Made by a program: the position numbers and the translations under genes. Shown one piece after another: positions 19,058-29,242 of a stretch of 64,000 bases of DNA (positions within the stretch are counted from its first letter, which is position 1; each line of letters starts with the position of its first letter). The notes beneath the pieces are model-generated. The model was not told where the DNA came from. It did not search any database and saw only the letters and a list, made by a program, of their open reading frames with translations. The DNA is from an uncultured delta proteobacterium. GTDB lineage: Bacteria; Myxococcota_A; Polyangia; Polyangiales; Polyangiaceae. The stretch spans positions 32,001-96,000 of the forward strand of contig CAVOKF010000007.1 in NCBI GenBank assembly GCA_963696385.1. Reading direction: 5' to 3'.

Positions 19058-21719
19058 GTATACCGAGCGGCAGCGTAAAGCGAAACGATGCCCCCCCGCC
19101 CGGTCGATCTTCGACCCACATTCGACCGCCGTGAGCGGCGATGATCCCACGGCAAATCGTCAGCCCGAGGCCGACCCCGCCGCCCTCGGCTTGCTTCGCA
19201 CGATAGAACTTGTCGAAGACACGCTCGACGTCGGCTTTCGGCACGCCCGAACCTCGGTCGTTGACCTCTACCGTGACCTCGCTGCCCGCGGCTCGGGCTG
19301 CGATTTCGAGCGGGCTGCCTCCCGGGGTGTACTTCGTCGCGTTTTCCAGCAGGTTGATGAGAACCTGCTCAATGAATACAGGGTCCAGCGGAACGAGCGG
19401 CAGGTCGGCCGGAAGGTCGGTACGGATCTCGCGACCTCGCAGACGATCTTCCATGCGATTCAGCGCCGCTCCAACGACCTCCTCGAGGGGCTGAGCTTCC
19501 TTGTGCACCTTGAGCGCTCCTGCCTCGAGCCGCGTCATGTCGAGAAGGTTGGCCACGAGACGATTGAGCCGGAGCGCTTCGCCGTGAGCGGTGCGCAAGA
19601 GCTCCCGCCGGGTGGCTTCGTCGGTCGGAGCACCCGGTTCGAGCAACGCGCTGGTCGCTCCGGTCACCACTCCGAGCGGTGTGCGCAAATCGTGCGAGAC
19701 GGAGCTGAGGAGCGCGTTTCTCAATTGCTCGGTCTCGATCTTCAACGCGGCCCGCCGCGCTTCCTCGGCGAGCTGGGTGCGTTCGAGGGCGGATCCGACC
19801 AGACCTGCGATAGTCGCGAGCAGTTGCCGCTCGTCCGGATCGTCGAGACGCGAATCGGCGGCGGCAAAGAGCGCGAGAACACCCACGCGACCGCGAGAAC
19901 CGTGAAGCGGCACAAAGAGGCCCCGAGCGAGCGGCAACGTATCGGTGCCCGAGCCGGCGGGCTTCTGGTGTGTCCAAACCCAGTCGGCGACGCCTCGATC
20001 GTTGTCCCCCTCGCCGAGGGTGCCTTCGTCCGCGAGAACGATCTCGAGCGGCCCGTCGTGTCCAGGGAGCAGAAGCGCGACTTTGGCCCCGAACACTTCG
20101 CGAACGTGGCGGGCCGCGATTTCGAGCAGCATCTCGCGCGACGCGGCCACTCCCAGCTCGCGACTGACCGCGTAGAGACTCGCGGTGCGACGTTCGCCGC
20201 GGCGCGCGCTGTCGGCTTGATCGCGAATTCGTTTGGTGAGGCCGCTGATGACGATCGCGACGAAGAACATGACACCGAACGTCACGATGTGGCTGAAATC
20301 CGTGACCGCAAAGCTCATGTACGGCGGAACAAAGAAGAAATCGAATGCGAGAACGCTCAGCACCGCCGCGAGCAGCGACGCGCCGTACCCAAACCGCATG
20401 GAGACGATGACGACGCCGAGCAGGAACGTCATCACGACGTCCGCGATTTGCGACCGTCCGAAGAGGCCCCAAGCAACGAGGGCACACGTAATCACGACGG
20501 TCACTCCCGCCGAGTAGCCCGCAAGGTCGAAGGCTCCACGGACCACTTTGTCCGGCGGCGCCGGAAGCCTGGCGCCCAGAAAGCCGGAAATGACATAGAC
20601 GTCGATCTCGCGACTCTGCCGAACCAGGTCGTCCAAAAACGACTGCTTGATCAGGTCCCGCCAGCGCGGATGCGTGGGCTTGCCGACGACGATCTTGGTC
20701 ACGTTGCGCTTGCGCGCGTAGCGCACCGTTTCGATCGCGGCGTCTTCTCCGCGCAGGGTTACGGGCTCCCCGCCCAAGGATTCGACCAGGCGCATCGTCT
20801 GCGCGAGGCGATCGCGATCGGCAGGCGACATGCGGATGGACGCAGCCGTCTCGACGTAGACGGCAACGAGCTCCGCGTGGAGGCTCGTCGCCATTCGACG
20901 CGCCGCTCGAACGAGGTGAGCCGAGTGCGGACTGGCGGACACGCAGACCAGCACGCGTTCGCCGGTGTGCCACGTCTCCTCGATGCCGTGCGCGGCCTTG
21001 TAGCCGCGCATCTTGGCCTCGACCCGCTCTGCGGTGCGCCGCAGGGCGAGCTCGCGGAGCGCGATGAGGTTGCCTTCTTTGAAGAAATTATCGACCGCTC
21101 TCGAAGCTTGGTGGGCTACATAGACCTTGCCTTCGGCCAATCGTTCGAGCAGCTGGTCGACGGGCAGGTCCACGACCCGAACTTCGTAGGCCTTGTCGAA
21201 GACCGAGTCGGGCACAGTCTCGCGCACGAAGACCCCGGTGATCTGCGCGACGACGTCGTTCAGGCTCTCGAGATGTTGAACGTTGAGCGTCGTAAAGACG
21301 TCGATGCCTGCTTCGAGGATCTCTTCGACGTCTTGCCAACGCTTGACATGACGAGAGCTCGGCGCGTTGGTGTGCGCCAGCTCGTCGACGAGAAGCAGCT
21401 GCGGTCGGCGCCGGAGCGCGCCGTCGAGGTCGAATTCCTCGAGTTTGATTCCACGGTGCTCGATGACGCGCCGGGGCAACAGTTCGAGACCGATGAGCAG
21501 GGAACCGGTGTCGTAGCGACCGTGGGTCTCGGCGATTCCTACGGCGACGTCGCGCTTTTGATCCTCGGCCTCGATCCGGGCGGCCTCGAGCATCGTGTAC
21601 GTCTTTCCGACGCCTGGCGCCGACCCGAAAAAGATCGTCAGCTTGCCGCGGGCGGATTGAGCTTCGTCCTCTCGCACGCGCGCGAGAAGCGCGTCCGGAT
21701 CCGGGCGGTGTTCGGACAT
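19011..21719 (-). CDS. kdpD: Sensor histidine kinase KdpD
   Basis: RPDPDALL, GSAPGVGKTYTML, VDELAHTN, TTLNVQHLESLND, Usp domain, four TM segments, GAF, SHDLRTPL and GLGL. Confidence 0.97.
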   Translation of the reverse strand: MSEHRPDPDALLARVREDEAQSARGKLTIFFGSAPGVGKTYTMLEAARIEAEDQKRDVAVGIAETHGRYDTGSLLIGLELLPRRVIEHRGIKLEEFDLDGALRRRPQLLLVDELAHTNAPSSRHVKRWQDVEEILEAGIDVFTTLNVQHLESLNDVVAQITGVFVRETVPDSVFDKAYEVRVVDLPVDQLLERLAEGKVYVAHQASRAVDNFFKEGNLIALRELALRRTAERVEAKMRGYKAAHGIEETWHTGERVLVCVSASPHSAHLVRAARRMATSLHAELVAVYVETAASIRMSPADRDRLAQTMRLVESLGGEPVTLRGEDAAIETVRYARKRNVTKIVVGKPTHPRWRDLIKQSFLDDLVRQSREIDVYVISGFLGARLPAPPDKVVRGAFDLAGYSAGVTVVITCALVAWGLFGRSQIADVVMTFLLGVVIVSMRFGYGASLLAAVLSVLAFDFFFVPPYMSFAVTDFSHIVTFGVMFFVAIVISGLTKRIRDQADSARRGERRTASLYAVSRELGVAASREMLLEIAARHVREVFGAKVALLLPGHDGPLEIVLADEGTLGEGDNDRGVADWVWTHQKPAGSGTDTLPLARGLFVPLHGSRGRVGVLALFAAADSRLDDPDERQLLATIAGLVGSALERTQLAEEARRAALKIETEQLRNALLSSVSHDLRTPLGVVTGATSALLEPGAPTDEATRRELLRTAHGEALRLNRLVANLLDMTRLEAGALKVHKEAQPLEEVVGAALNRMEDRLRGREIRTDLPADLPLVPLDPVFIEQVLINLLENATKYTPGGSPLEIAARAAGSEVTVEVNDRGSGVPKADVERVFDKFYRAKQAEGGGVGLGLTICRGIIAAHGGRMWVEDRPGGGASFRFTLPLGIPGSRGVGEAAASLST

Positions 21720-21804
21720 ACGCTCAGCTTACTCGAGGCCCGAGGCGCCGTTCCGATTGAGCCTCACCGGAAACGCCCACCCTGCGGCCGCCGCGACGGC
21801 GCGG

Positions 21805-24135
21805 TCAATCGAGTGGAGCGAACAGCGCTTCGACCTCGACTTCGCTCAGTCCGCGGGGCGTCTGCGATTCGCCGAAGAGGGTGGTCGACAGCCAGCGCTT
21901 CTTCTGCTGAAGCTCGAGGACCCGCTCCTCGACGCTGCCTGCGACATAAAGGTTGTGGACGAACACCGGGCGCCGCTGACCGATCCGGTACGCGCGATCG
22001 GTTGCTTGCGCGTGGGCAGCGGGGTTCCACCAGGGCTCGTAGTGCACGACCGTATCGGCGCTCGTGAGGTTCAGGCCCGTCCCGCCGGCCTTCAGGCTCA
22101 CGAGGAATACGTCCGCGCGCCCTGCCTCGAAAGCATCCACGACTCGCTGGCGGTCTCTCGTTGCCCCCGTGAGAATCAAGTACTGCGTACCGGCCGACGA
22201 CAGCGCTTCGCCGACAAGAGCCAGCATGCTCGCAAATTGCGAGAACACCAGAACGCGATGACCGCCCGAGAGCTGCTCGGCCAAAAGAACCATGAGCGCC
22301 TTCAGCTTGGCGGACTCTCGCACGCCTCGCGCTGCGTCCATATCGAGCAGCCGCGGATCGCAGCAGATCTGCCGAAGCTTCGTGAGCGCGCCGAGGATGG
22401 CGATGGTGGAGCCAGCGAGACCCTTGGCGCGGATCGCCCGCCGCACGTCGGCATGGGCCGCCACTCGAATCGCCTCGTACAAGTCGCGCTGGCCGCCGGC
22501 AATCTCGACGGGCGCGGCGAGCTCCGTCTTCGGAGGAAGCTCGCGCGCGACGTCTTTCTTCAGGCGGCGCAGGACCCGGGGGGCGATGATCTCTCGAAGC
22601 GCCGCGAAGCGCTCGCCATCACCACGCGCTTCGATGGGTTGCCGCCAGAATCGACGGAACGCGAGCTCGTCGCCGAGGAGGCCCGGAACGAGCCAATCGA
22701 AGATGGACCACAACTCGCCGAGGTGGTTTTCGACGGGCGTTCCGGTCAGGCAGAGACGGCTCCCGGCCCGTATGCGCTCGAGCGCCCGGCGGGCCAGACT
22801 GCGCGCATTCTTGATGGCTTGCGCCTCGTCGAGCACGACCAGATGAAAGCGCGTTTGCGCGAACCGATCCTCGTCGCGAACGAGCACCGAATACGTGGTG
22901 ACCACGACGTGTGCGCCGGCGACCGCCGACCAGCGCGCACGCCGGTCGGCACCGTGCAAAATGACGACGTCGAGATCGGGTGCGAACTTCGCGAGTTCAC
23001 GCGCCCAGTTGCCCATCAAGGTGGTCGGAGCAACGACGAGAACGGGGGCGTCGAGCCGTCCCCCTTCGCGCTCGAGGCACACGTGTGCGATAGTCTGTAG
23101 CGTCTTGCCGAGGCCCATTTCGTCGGCAAGGACGCCACCGGTCCGATCGTCTCGCAGACGCTGGAGGAAGGCCACGCCTTCCGCCTGATATGGCCGCAAT
23201 GTCGCCCGCAGCCCGATCGGGGCCGAGACGGGTGCGGGCGATACTCGGGGCGCGCGGATTCTCGACGTGACGCGGGCCGGACCGTCCCATTCGAGGCGCG
23301 TGTCATTCCGGAAGGCGTCGTCGAGGGCGAGCAGAGCGCCGATGCGCGCTTGGGGAAACGCGGAACCCCGACCGTGTTGACCTTGATAAAGCTCCGCCAC
23401 GACGCGCAGGAGGGCCCTCAGCCGATCCACCGGAACCGCCACGTGGTGGGTTTCGGTGGCACGAAGCGCCCACACGGGCCGGCACGACGCCCCCAGGGCG
23501 CCAAGGCCCCCCTCGGAATCGAGCCGATTGAGCAGGTCGAGAAGCAACGGCAGCAAATCGATCCGGGCCCCCTCGACTTCGACGCCGAGTTCGAGCCCGA
23601 ACCAATCCGTCGCGCCCTCGCACGGCTCGATCCGCGCGTACCACTCGGTCTCGGTCTCGACGACCCGGAAGGGATACAGCGGATCGACGTCGACCCGCCA
23701 ACCGAGAACCCGAAAGCGACCAAGCGCGCGTGACGTAAATGCGCAAAAGCAATGCTCATCGGCATCCGCGCGCACGACGTAATCCGCTTCGCATCCGGTC
23801 GGCGCCGCGATCGTGTCGACGCAGAGCAGCTCGACCGCGCCGAGGGACTCGAGCATACGCCTCGCCTCGCCCTCCGAGACCAGGTCCCGCTCGATGGTCT
23901 CGAGGGCCCCGGCGACTGCGCGGAATACCCTGGTTCGCTCGTCACCCGCCCGAACGCGTGTGCCGCCGTAATCGAAGGTCAACTCCACGAGGGGCACGAG
24001 CGGCTCGCTCACTTCGCACGCGAGCCCCCGGGTGCTCGTGACGACGACGTGATCGGCGAACAGTCGCACACAGGGTACGCACGCCGCGCGTCGCGGGGCG
24101 TATTGGAAGCTCGGCAAGGAAAGCGGCACGCTCAC
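21805..24135 (-). CDS. SNF2/SWI2-family helicase-like ATPase
   Basis: LRPYQ, LADEMGLGKT, LDEAQAIKN, LTGTPVENHL, LRRLK, FSQF, SLKAGGTGLNLT, WWNPA..QATDRAYRIGQ. Confidence 0.93.
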   Translation of the reverse strand: MSVPLSLPSFQYAPRRAACVPCVRLFADHVVVTSTRGLACEVSEPLVPLVELTFDYGGTRVRAGDERTRVFRAVAGALETIERDLVSEGEARRMLESLGAVELLCVDTIAAPTGCEADYVVRADADEHCFCAFTSRALGRFRVLGWRVDVDPLYPFRVVETETEWYARIEPCEGATDWFGLELGVEVEGARIDLLPLLLDLLNRLDSEGGLGALGASCRPVWALRATETHHVAVPVDRLRALLRVVAELYQGQHGRGSAFPQARIGALLALDDAFRNDTRLEWDGPARVTSRIRAPRVSPAPVSAPIGLRATLRPYQAEGVAFLQRLRDDRTGGVLADEMGLGKTLQTIAHVCLEREGGRLDAPVLVVAPTTLMGNWARELAKFAPDLDVVILHGADRRARWSAVAGAHVVVTTYSVLVRDEDRFAQTRFHLVVLDEAQAIKNARSLARRALERIRAGSRLCLTGTPVENHLGELWSIFDWLVPGLLGDELAFRRFWRQPIEARGDGERFAALREIIAPRVLRRLKKDVARELPPKTELAAPVEIAGGQRDLYEAIRVAAHADVRRAIRAKGLAGSTIAILGALTKLRQICCDPRLLDMDAARGVRESAKLKALMVLLAEQLSGGHRVLVFSQFASMLALVGEALSSAGTQYLILTGATRDRQRVVDAFEAGRADVFLVSLKAGGTGLNLTSADTVVHYEPWWNPAAHAQATDRAYRIGQRRPVFVHNLYVAGSVEERVLELQQKKRWLSTTLFGESQTPRGLSEVEVEALFAPLD

Positions 24136-24343
24136 CCTTTGATCACAATCGGCGGACGATGTCTAAGCTTTGGCGGCTGGTCGAACTCGATGGATCGACT
24201 TCGGCGGCTTCACGCGGCCGCAGCTCGTAGTTCCACGCCCCCGTACCGCGCGACCCGTCGACGACGGATGCCCTATCCAGGACGATGGCAAGACAAATTC
24301 GGACGTGGCCTTAGGAACCCGTAGCGCGACCGGGCGGGACTCG

Positions 24344-27043
24344 TCAGACGCGCGGCAACGCCTGCGTTCGCCTCAACGCGCCCGCAAACAGATCGCCCCG
24401 CTCGACGACTCGCGCCATCACCGAGCGGATGTCGAAGCGGGTGGGATCGAGCGCTTCGTCGAGCTCGTCCCATTCGATCGGCGTCGATACGATCGCGCCG
24501 TCGCGCGCGCGAATCGAGTACGGCGCGACCACCGTACGACCCTCGCCGTTCTGGCCGTAGTCGACGTAGAGCTTGCCTCGCCGTTTGACCTTCATCCGCT
24601 CGACCGTCGCGATCTTCGGTAGCACCTTCGACACGGCACGCGCTACCTGCTCCGCAAACCGGGTGGCCTGCGCGTGCGTCGGCCCCGGTGCGATGGGTAC
24701 GACGACGTGCACTCCACGCTTGCCGCTCGTCTTGACGTAGCTCTCGAGCTCGAGCGCCTCGAGCAAGGTCCGTAAGGCGCGCGCGACTTCGACCAGATGC
24801 GCCCACGGGCCGTCTCCCGGGTCGAGATCCAGCACGACGTAGTCCGGCTGCGCGAGGGCCCGATCGATCGCCGTGCGCGTCGTGGCGGCCGGCGGCACGT
24901 GGCTGCACCATTGGTGAATCGTCAGCGCGGCGAGATTCGCGAGCCACTGAAGCGTCTCGACGTTGTCGCAGACGATTCGCTTCTTGGCATCGTGGCGGGG
25001 GCCCACGTCGACGAGACGCACGAAGGCAGGAACCTTGTCCGGCACGTTCTGCTGGTACCATTCTGCGCCGTCGATCCCATTCGGATAACGCTGCAGCGTC
25101 AGCGGCCGACCCGCCAGGTGCGGAACCATGAACCGTGCGATCGTCGTGTAGTAGTCCCAGACGTCGCGCTTCGTGAGCCCGTCTCTCGGGAAAAGGACTT
25201 TGGTCGCATTCGCCAGCTTTGGCTCGTTTCCACGCGGAGCGAGTCCCGACCGCGCGCCATCGGCGGGTGCTTGCGACAGAGCATCGCGCACGACGGTGGC
25301 GGTAGGCTCCGATTCCGGGATCGGATCGGCGGCCTGAGACGCCGCCGACGACGACTCATCGGTGTTGCCGACCGATGGCCCTTCACGGACGCATTCGAAG
25401 GGAGTCTTGTCTTCCCGCACCCTGACAAAGCGCGGTTGCCGCATCGCGCCGTCGCGCGTCCACTCTGTGAACGCGCACTCGCAGACGAGCGTCGGTTCGA
25501 CCCAATGCGCTTGCTTGATCGCAGGAGCCCCCTCGACGGACGCGCCGTCTTTGCGCCGCTCGTCGAGGCGCCGAGCGAGGTCGCGTCGCGTTCGCTCATC
25601 GAAACCGGTGCCGACACGGCCCGCGAAGACCAGTTTGTCGCCTTCGGCGACCGCCAGCAGCAAGGCGCCGACCTCGTCGTTCGTGCCGGCCAGCGGGATG
25701 TATCCGCCGATGGCGCAATCTTGCCGTCGATCGAATCGGAGCTTGAGCCACGTGCCCGCTCGCCCGGGTGCATACGGAGAGCCCTTCTTCTTTGCGACGA
25801 GTCCCTCGAGACCCGCGCGGCGAGCGGCTTGCAACAGATCCGGCACGTTGCCTTCGACACTGCGAGAGAGCGTCAGCGGCAACGGTTGAGCCTCGACCAA
25901 CCGCGCGAGAAGCTCCCTGCGCGCCTCGATGGGATCGGACCGTCGATCTCGCCCGTCGAGCCACAGGAGGTCGAAGACCGCGTACACGATCGAGGCGCTT
26001 GCCGAGCGTCCAGCGAGCCACCCCTGGAGTCTCTCGAACGAGGGCCGCCCCTGGTCGTCGACGGCGCACGCCTCCCCGTCGATCACGCACTCGCGCACGG
26101 GGAGTTTGGCGACCGCTCGGGCGATGAGGGCAAAGCGGTCCGTCCAGTCGTGGCCGCGCCGCGTGTAGAGCCGAACTTCGCCGCCGGCTTTGCACGCCAG
26201 AAGCCGATAGCCGTCGTACTTGATCTCGAAGTGCCAATCCTCGGCGCTGGGAATCGACGCGACCGCCTTCGCCAACGCGACGCCGCCGACGGCGGTCCAC
26301 AGGGCGTGCGCGCTCTTGCCGATCTCCGACGCTCCGACGCGGTGCGGACCGCGCGTGGCGAGACGGCCGCTGACGACCGACTCCGGCCGTAGAGCCACGA
26401 TGTCGTAGTGGGGGTCGGCGGCCGCGTCGTTGGCCTTGAACCAAAGCCACTGCGCCTTGCCAGGACCGCCTTGACCGTCGTCGCCACCACGCCGGTCCGT
26501 TCGAACCAGGTGCCATTGTCCGACGAGTTTGTCTCCGAACAAGGTCACATGCAGATGCCCTTTGGTCAGCATCGCGCGCTCCGCTCCCGGGGGCACGGTC
26601 TCGTAGGTGCCTCGGTCCCAAATGAGAACGTCCCCAGCGCCGTATTCGCCGTCCGGGATTCGCCCCTCGAAAGCGTTGTAGGCCATCGGGTGATCCTCGG
26701 TCTGAACCGCGAGCCGACGAACCTTCGGGTCGAAGCTCGGCCCCTTGGGCACCGCCCAGCTGACCATGGCGCCGTCGATCTCCAAGCGCAGATCGTAGTG
26801 CAGGCGCCGCGCATCGTGCTTTTGGACGACGAACGCCAAACCCGTGGACGGTCGCGGCGACCCGCCGGGACGGTCGGACGACGTTTTCTTTTCCGACCTC
26901 CCGCGGCTCTGCGACGATCGGGGTCCGGGCTCGGGCGTGACGTCGAATCGCCTCTTGGCGCGATACGCGGCCAAGCGATCGCCCGGACTGCTCATGATTT
27001 CAGTGCCGGACTTGCGAATTGTGCGTTTGCTTGTCATCGCCAT
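24344..27043 (-). CDS. ligD: NHEJ DNA ligase D (phosphoesterase-ligase-polymerase)
   Basis: PE: VQKHDARRLHYDLRLE, SWAVPKGP. LIG: EIKYDGYR, EGLVAK. POL: DLDP, KTSGKRGVH, DYGQN..GRTVVAPYS. Start may be 26995. Confidence 0.95.
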   Translation of the reverse strand: MAMTSKRTIRKSGTEIMSSPGDRLAAYRAKRRFDVTPEPGPRSSQSRGRSEKKTSSDRPGGSPRPSTGLAFVVQKHDARRLHYDLRLEIDGAMVSWAVPKGPSFDPKVRRLAVQTEDHPMAYNAFEGRIPDGEYGAGDVLIWDRGTYETVPPGAERAMLTKGHLHVTLFGDKLVGQWHLVRTDRRGGDDGQGGPGKAQWLWFKANDAAADPHYDIVALRPESVVSGRLATRGPHRVGASEIGKSAHALWTAVGGVALAKAVASIPSAEDWHFEIKYDGYRLLACKAGGEVRLYTRRGHDWTDRFALIARAVAKLPVRECVIDGEACAVDDQGRPSFERLQGWLAGRSASASIVYAVFDLLWLDGRDRRSDPIEARRELLARLVEAQPLPLTLSRSVEGNVPDLLQAARRAGLEGLVAKKKGSPYAPGRAGTWLKLRFDRRQDCAIGGYIPLAGTNDEVGALLLAVAEGDKLVFAGRVGTGFDERTRRDLARRLDERRKDGASVEGAPAIKQAHWVEPTLVCECAFTEWTRDGAMRQPRFVRVREDKTPFECVREGPSVGNTDESSSAASQAADPIPESEPTATVVRDALSQAPADGARSGLAPRGNEPKLANATKVLFPRDGLTKRDVWDYYTTIARFMVPHLAGRPLTLQRYPNGIDGAEWYQQNVPDKVPAFVRLVDVGPRHDAKKRIVCDNVETLQWLANLAALTIHQWCSHVPPAATTRTAIDRALAQPDYVVLDLDPGDGPWAHLVEVARALRTLLEALELESYVKTSGKRGVHVVVPIAPGPTHAQATRFAEQVARAVSKVLPKIATVERMKVKRRGKLYVDYGQNGEGRTVVAPYSIRARDGAIVSTPIEWDELDEALDPTRFDIRSVMARVVERGDLFAGALRRTQALPRV

Positions 27044-27076
27044 ACGGTCAGGCTTGGCGCGAGGAGAGGTTCGCCG

Positions 27077-27949
27077 ATGCGATCATTCTGGTCTGGTGAA
27101 GTTACATTCGGGCTCGTCACGATTCCGGCCAAGCTCTACACGGCCACCAAGGACCTCACGCCGCAGTTTCACCAGCTGCACAAGGAATGCGGGACGCGCA
27201 TCACGATGGTGCGCCGCTGCCCCAAGTGCAACCGCGATCTCCCGTGGGACGAGATCGGCAAAGGATACGAAGTCTCCAAAGGCGAGTATGCGCTCTTCAG
27301 CCGCGAGGAGCTTGCCAAGCTGGACGGCGAGGATGGCGGCGGCGCGATCGAAATCGTCGAATTCGTCGACCCGCTCGAGGTGGACCTCGCCTACGTCGAA
27401 AAGAGCTACTGGGTCGGTCCCGGCAGCAAAAATGTGCGCGGCTTCGAGCTTTTGCGCGCGGTGCTCGAGGACACCAAGAAGGTAGCCCTATCGAAGGTGA
27501 AGCTACGGACGCGCACGCGCTTGGCGCTTCTCCGACCGCGTGGGCGCCTGTTTTCGCTCGACATGATGCGCTTCGCCGAGGAGCTCGTACCGGCCGACGA
27601 GATCGAGCCGGGCGAGAGCAAGCCGGCGACGCCGCGCGAGACCCAGCTCGCTCTTCACTTGGTCGAAGAGCTCTCCGGTCCTTTCGATCCGGCCAAACAC
27701 CCGGACGAGTATCGGAGCGCGGTGCTCGCAGCGGTCGACGAAAAGGTCGAGGCGGGCGAAGTCGCGCGCGACACGGCCACCGAAGCGCCGGCGGCCGGAG
27801 GCGTCGCGACCGGAGCGCAAGTCATCGACCTGGCGGAGCTTCTCACGAAGTCGATCCAAGTGGCCAACAAGCCCGGACCTGCGAAGGCGCAAACGGCTCA
27901 TGCCGACAAGTCGAAGGCCGCCCCCAAGAAGAGGCGCGCGACCGGCTAA
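27077..27949 (+). CDS. ku: NHEJ Ku protein
   Basis: MRSFWSGEVTFGLVTIPAKLYTAT, KGYEV, DEYR, VIDLAELL..S and a basic tail. GAGGAGAGG RBS upstream. Confidence 0.95.
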   Translation: MRSFWSGEVTFGLVTIPAKLYTATKDLTPQFHQLHKECGTRITMVRRCPKCNRDLPWDEIGKGYEVSKGEYALFSREELAKLDGEDGGGAIEIVEFVDPLEVDLAYVEKSYWVGPGSKNVRGFELLRAVLEDTKKVALSKVKLRTRTRLALLRPRGRLFSLDMMRFAEELVPADEIEPGESKPATPRETQLALHLVEELSGPFDPAKHPDEYRSAVLAAVDEKVEAGEVARDTATEAPAAGGVATGAQVIDLAELLTKSIQVANKPGPAKAQTAHADKSKAAPKKRRATG

Positions 27950-27964
27950 GCCGATACGGCAAGA

Positions 27965-28654
27965 CTACTCTTCCGGCGTCGCGTTCTCGCTGAATCGGTA
28001 GCCCACGCCGCGAACTGTCTCGATGAAGCGACCCGCAGTACCGAGCTTGTCGCGCAAACGCTTCACGTGCGTGTCCACTGTGCGCGACGCGATGTCGGAA
28101 TGGAGCGCCCAGACATCGCTCAGAAGGGTTCCGCGAGCTTGAACGCGATCGCGCCGGTCCGTGAGCGTCACGAGGAGCTTGAACTCGAGTGCCGTGAGCT
28201 GCACCTCTTCGCCGTTGACGGAGACGCGATGCGCGTCGCGTTCGACTCGAAGCTCGCCGACCTCGATGACTCGCTGCTCCGGGGCGCGTCCTCGGCGCAA
28301 AACGGCATCGACGCGCAGCATGAGTTCGCGCACGCTAAACGGCTTGACGACATAGTCGTCGGCGCCGAGCTCGAAGCCGACGATGCGATCGATTTCCTGT
28401 GCTTTGGCCGTCACCATGATGATCGGCACGAGTTGCGTCTCCGGCTCACGGCGGAGCGCCTTCGCGACATTCGTTCCGGACACGTCGGGGAGCATCAAAT
28501 CGAGCAACACGACTTCGGGACGTATTTCCTGAGCCAACTTCAGACCGGCCTCGCCGGTGGCAGCGGCGAATGGACGGTGGCCGGCTTGCGCGAGATTGTA
28601 CTCGAGGATTTCTCGCAGATCGGCTTCGTCTTCGATGAGGAGCACGCGCGCCAC
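27965..28654 (-). CDS. OmpR-family response regulator, PhoB/PhoP-like (orphan)
   Basis: LLIEDE, DLMLPDVSG, PIIMVTAK..EIDRIVGFELGADDYVVKPFS, RTVDTHVKRLRDKLG, IETVRGVGYRF. Confidence 0.9.
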   Translation of the reverse strand: MARVLLIEDEADLREILEYNLAQAGHRPFAAATGEAGLKLAQEIRPEVVLLDLMLPDVSGTNVAKALRREPETQLVPIIMVTAKAQEIDRIVGFELGADDYVVKPFSVRELMLRVDAVLRRGRAPEQRVIEVGELRVERDAHRVSVNGEEVQLTALEFKLLVTLTDRRDRVQARGTLLSDVWALHSDIASRTVDTHVKRLRDKLGTAGRFIETVRGVGYRFSENATPEE

Positions 28655-28698
28655 GCCCGGCAGCGTCGGCGGCGCGTGCGAAGCCCGTGCGCCGACCA

Positions 28699-28787
28699 CG
28701 TGACGTTTCCGTCACGCGGTACGCTACCGTCGCCTGGGACTGTCCCTCCGACACGGCGCCGCCCGACTACGTGACGTTTCCGTCACG
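28699..28787. promoter_or_regulatory. Two identical palindromic operator-like sites CGTGACG-TTTC-CGTCACG
   Basis: Exact 18-mer at 28699-28716 and 28770-28787, 45 and 116 bp upstream of the PhoB-like gene start. Confidence 0.6.
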
Positions 28788-28910
28788 CCGTACGCGCGCC
28801 GCGCCGCGCCGCCGTCTTGGGCGCGAACCTTCGGGCGGCACGGGCCCCACGACGCCGTACGACTGCGGGCCGCGCCCGCGATCGAACTCGAGGCACTTGA
28901 TGGCGGATCG

Positions 28911-29105
28911 ACCCCGCGTTCTTGAGCTCGATGCGCTGGGATCGGGCGTGATGAGGTGCTCCGGTGCGGTTCAACCCCGCGTTCTTGAGCTCGATGCGCC
29001 GGGATCGGGCGTGATGAGGGCTCCGGTGCGGTTCAACCCCGCGTTCTTGAGCTCGATGCGCTGGGATCGGGCGTGATGAGGCGCTCCGGTGCGGTTCAAC
29101 CCGCG
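28911..29105. repeat. Intergenic tandem repeat, 63-bp unit x3
   Basis: ACCCCGCGTTCTTGAGCTCGATGCGC(T/C)GGGATCGGGCGTGATGAGGNGCTCCGGTGCGGTTCA, three copies. Confidence 0.93.
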
Positions 29106-29242
29106 ATCGAGTTCGATCCCTGCTTGAGCTCGGACTCCGTTTCTACGCGACGGTCCTGAAAACTTTTGGTGACATTGCGTTGACTCGCCCGGGCCGATGG
29201 GTGGAGCCGTGCCATCCTGTTCTGCATCGACGGAGGAAGCCC

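Noticed and set aside
18711..22067. 1118-aa plus-strand ORF and similar long antisense ORFs across the window
   Set aside because: These are shadow ORFs opposite clearly identified genes (kdpD and others), expected in high-GC DNA.
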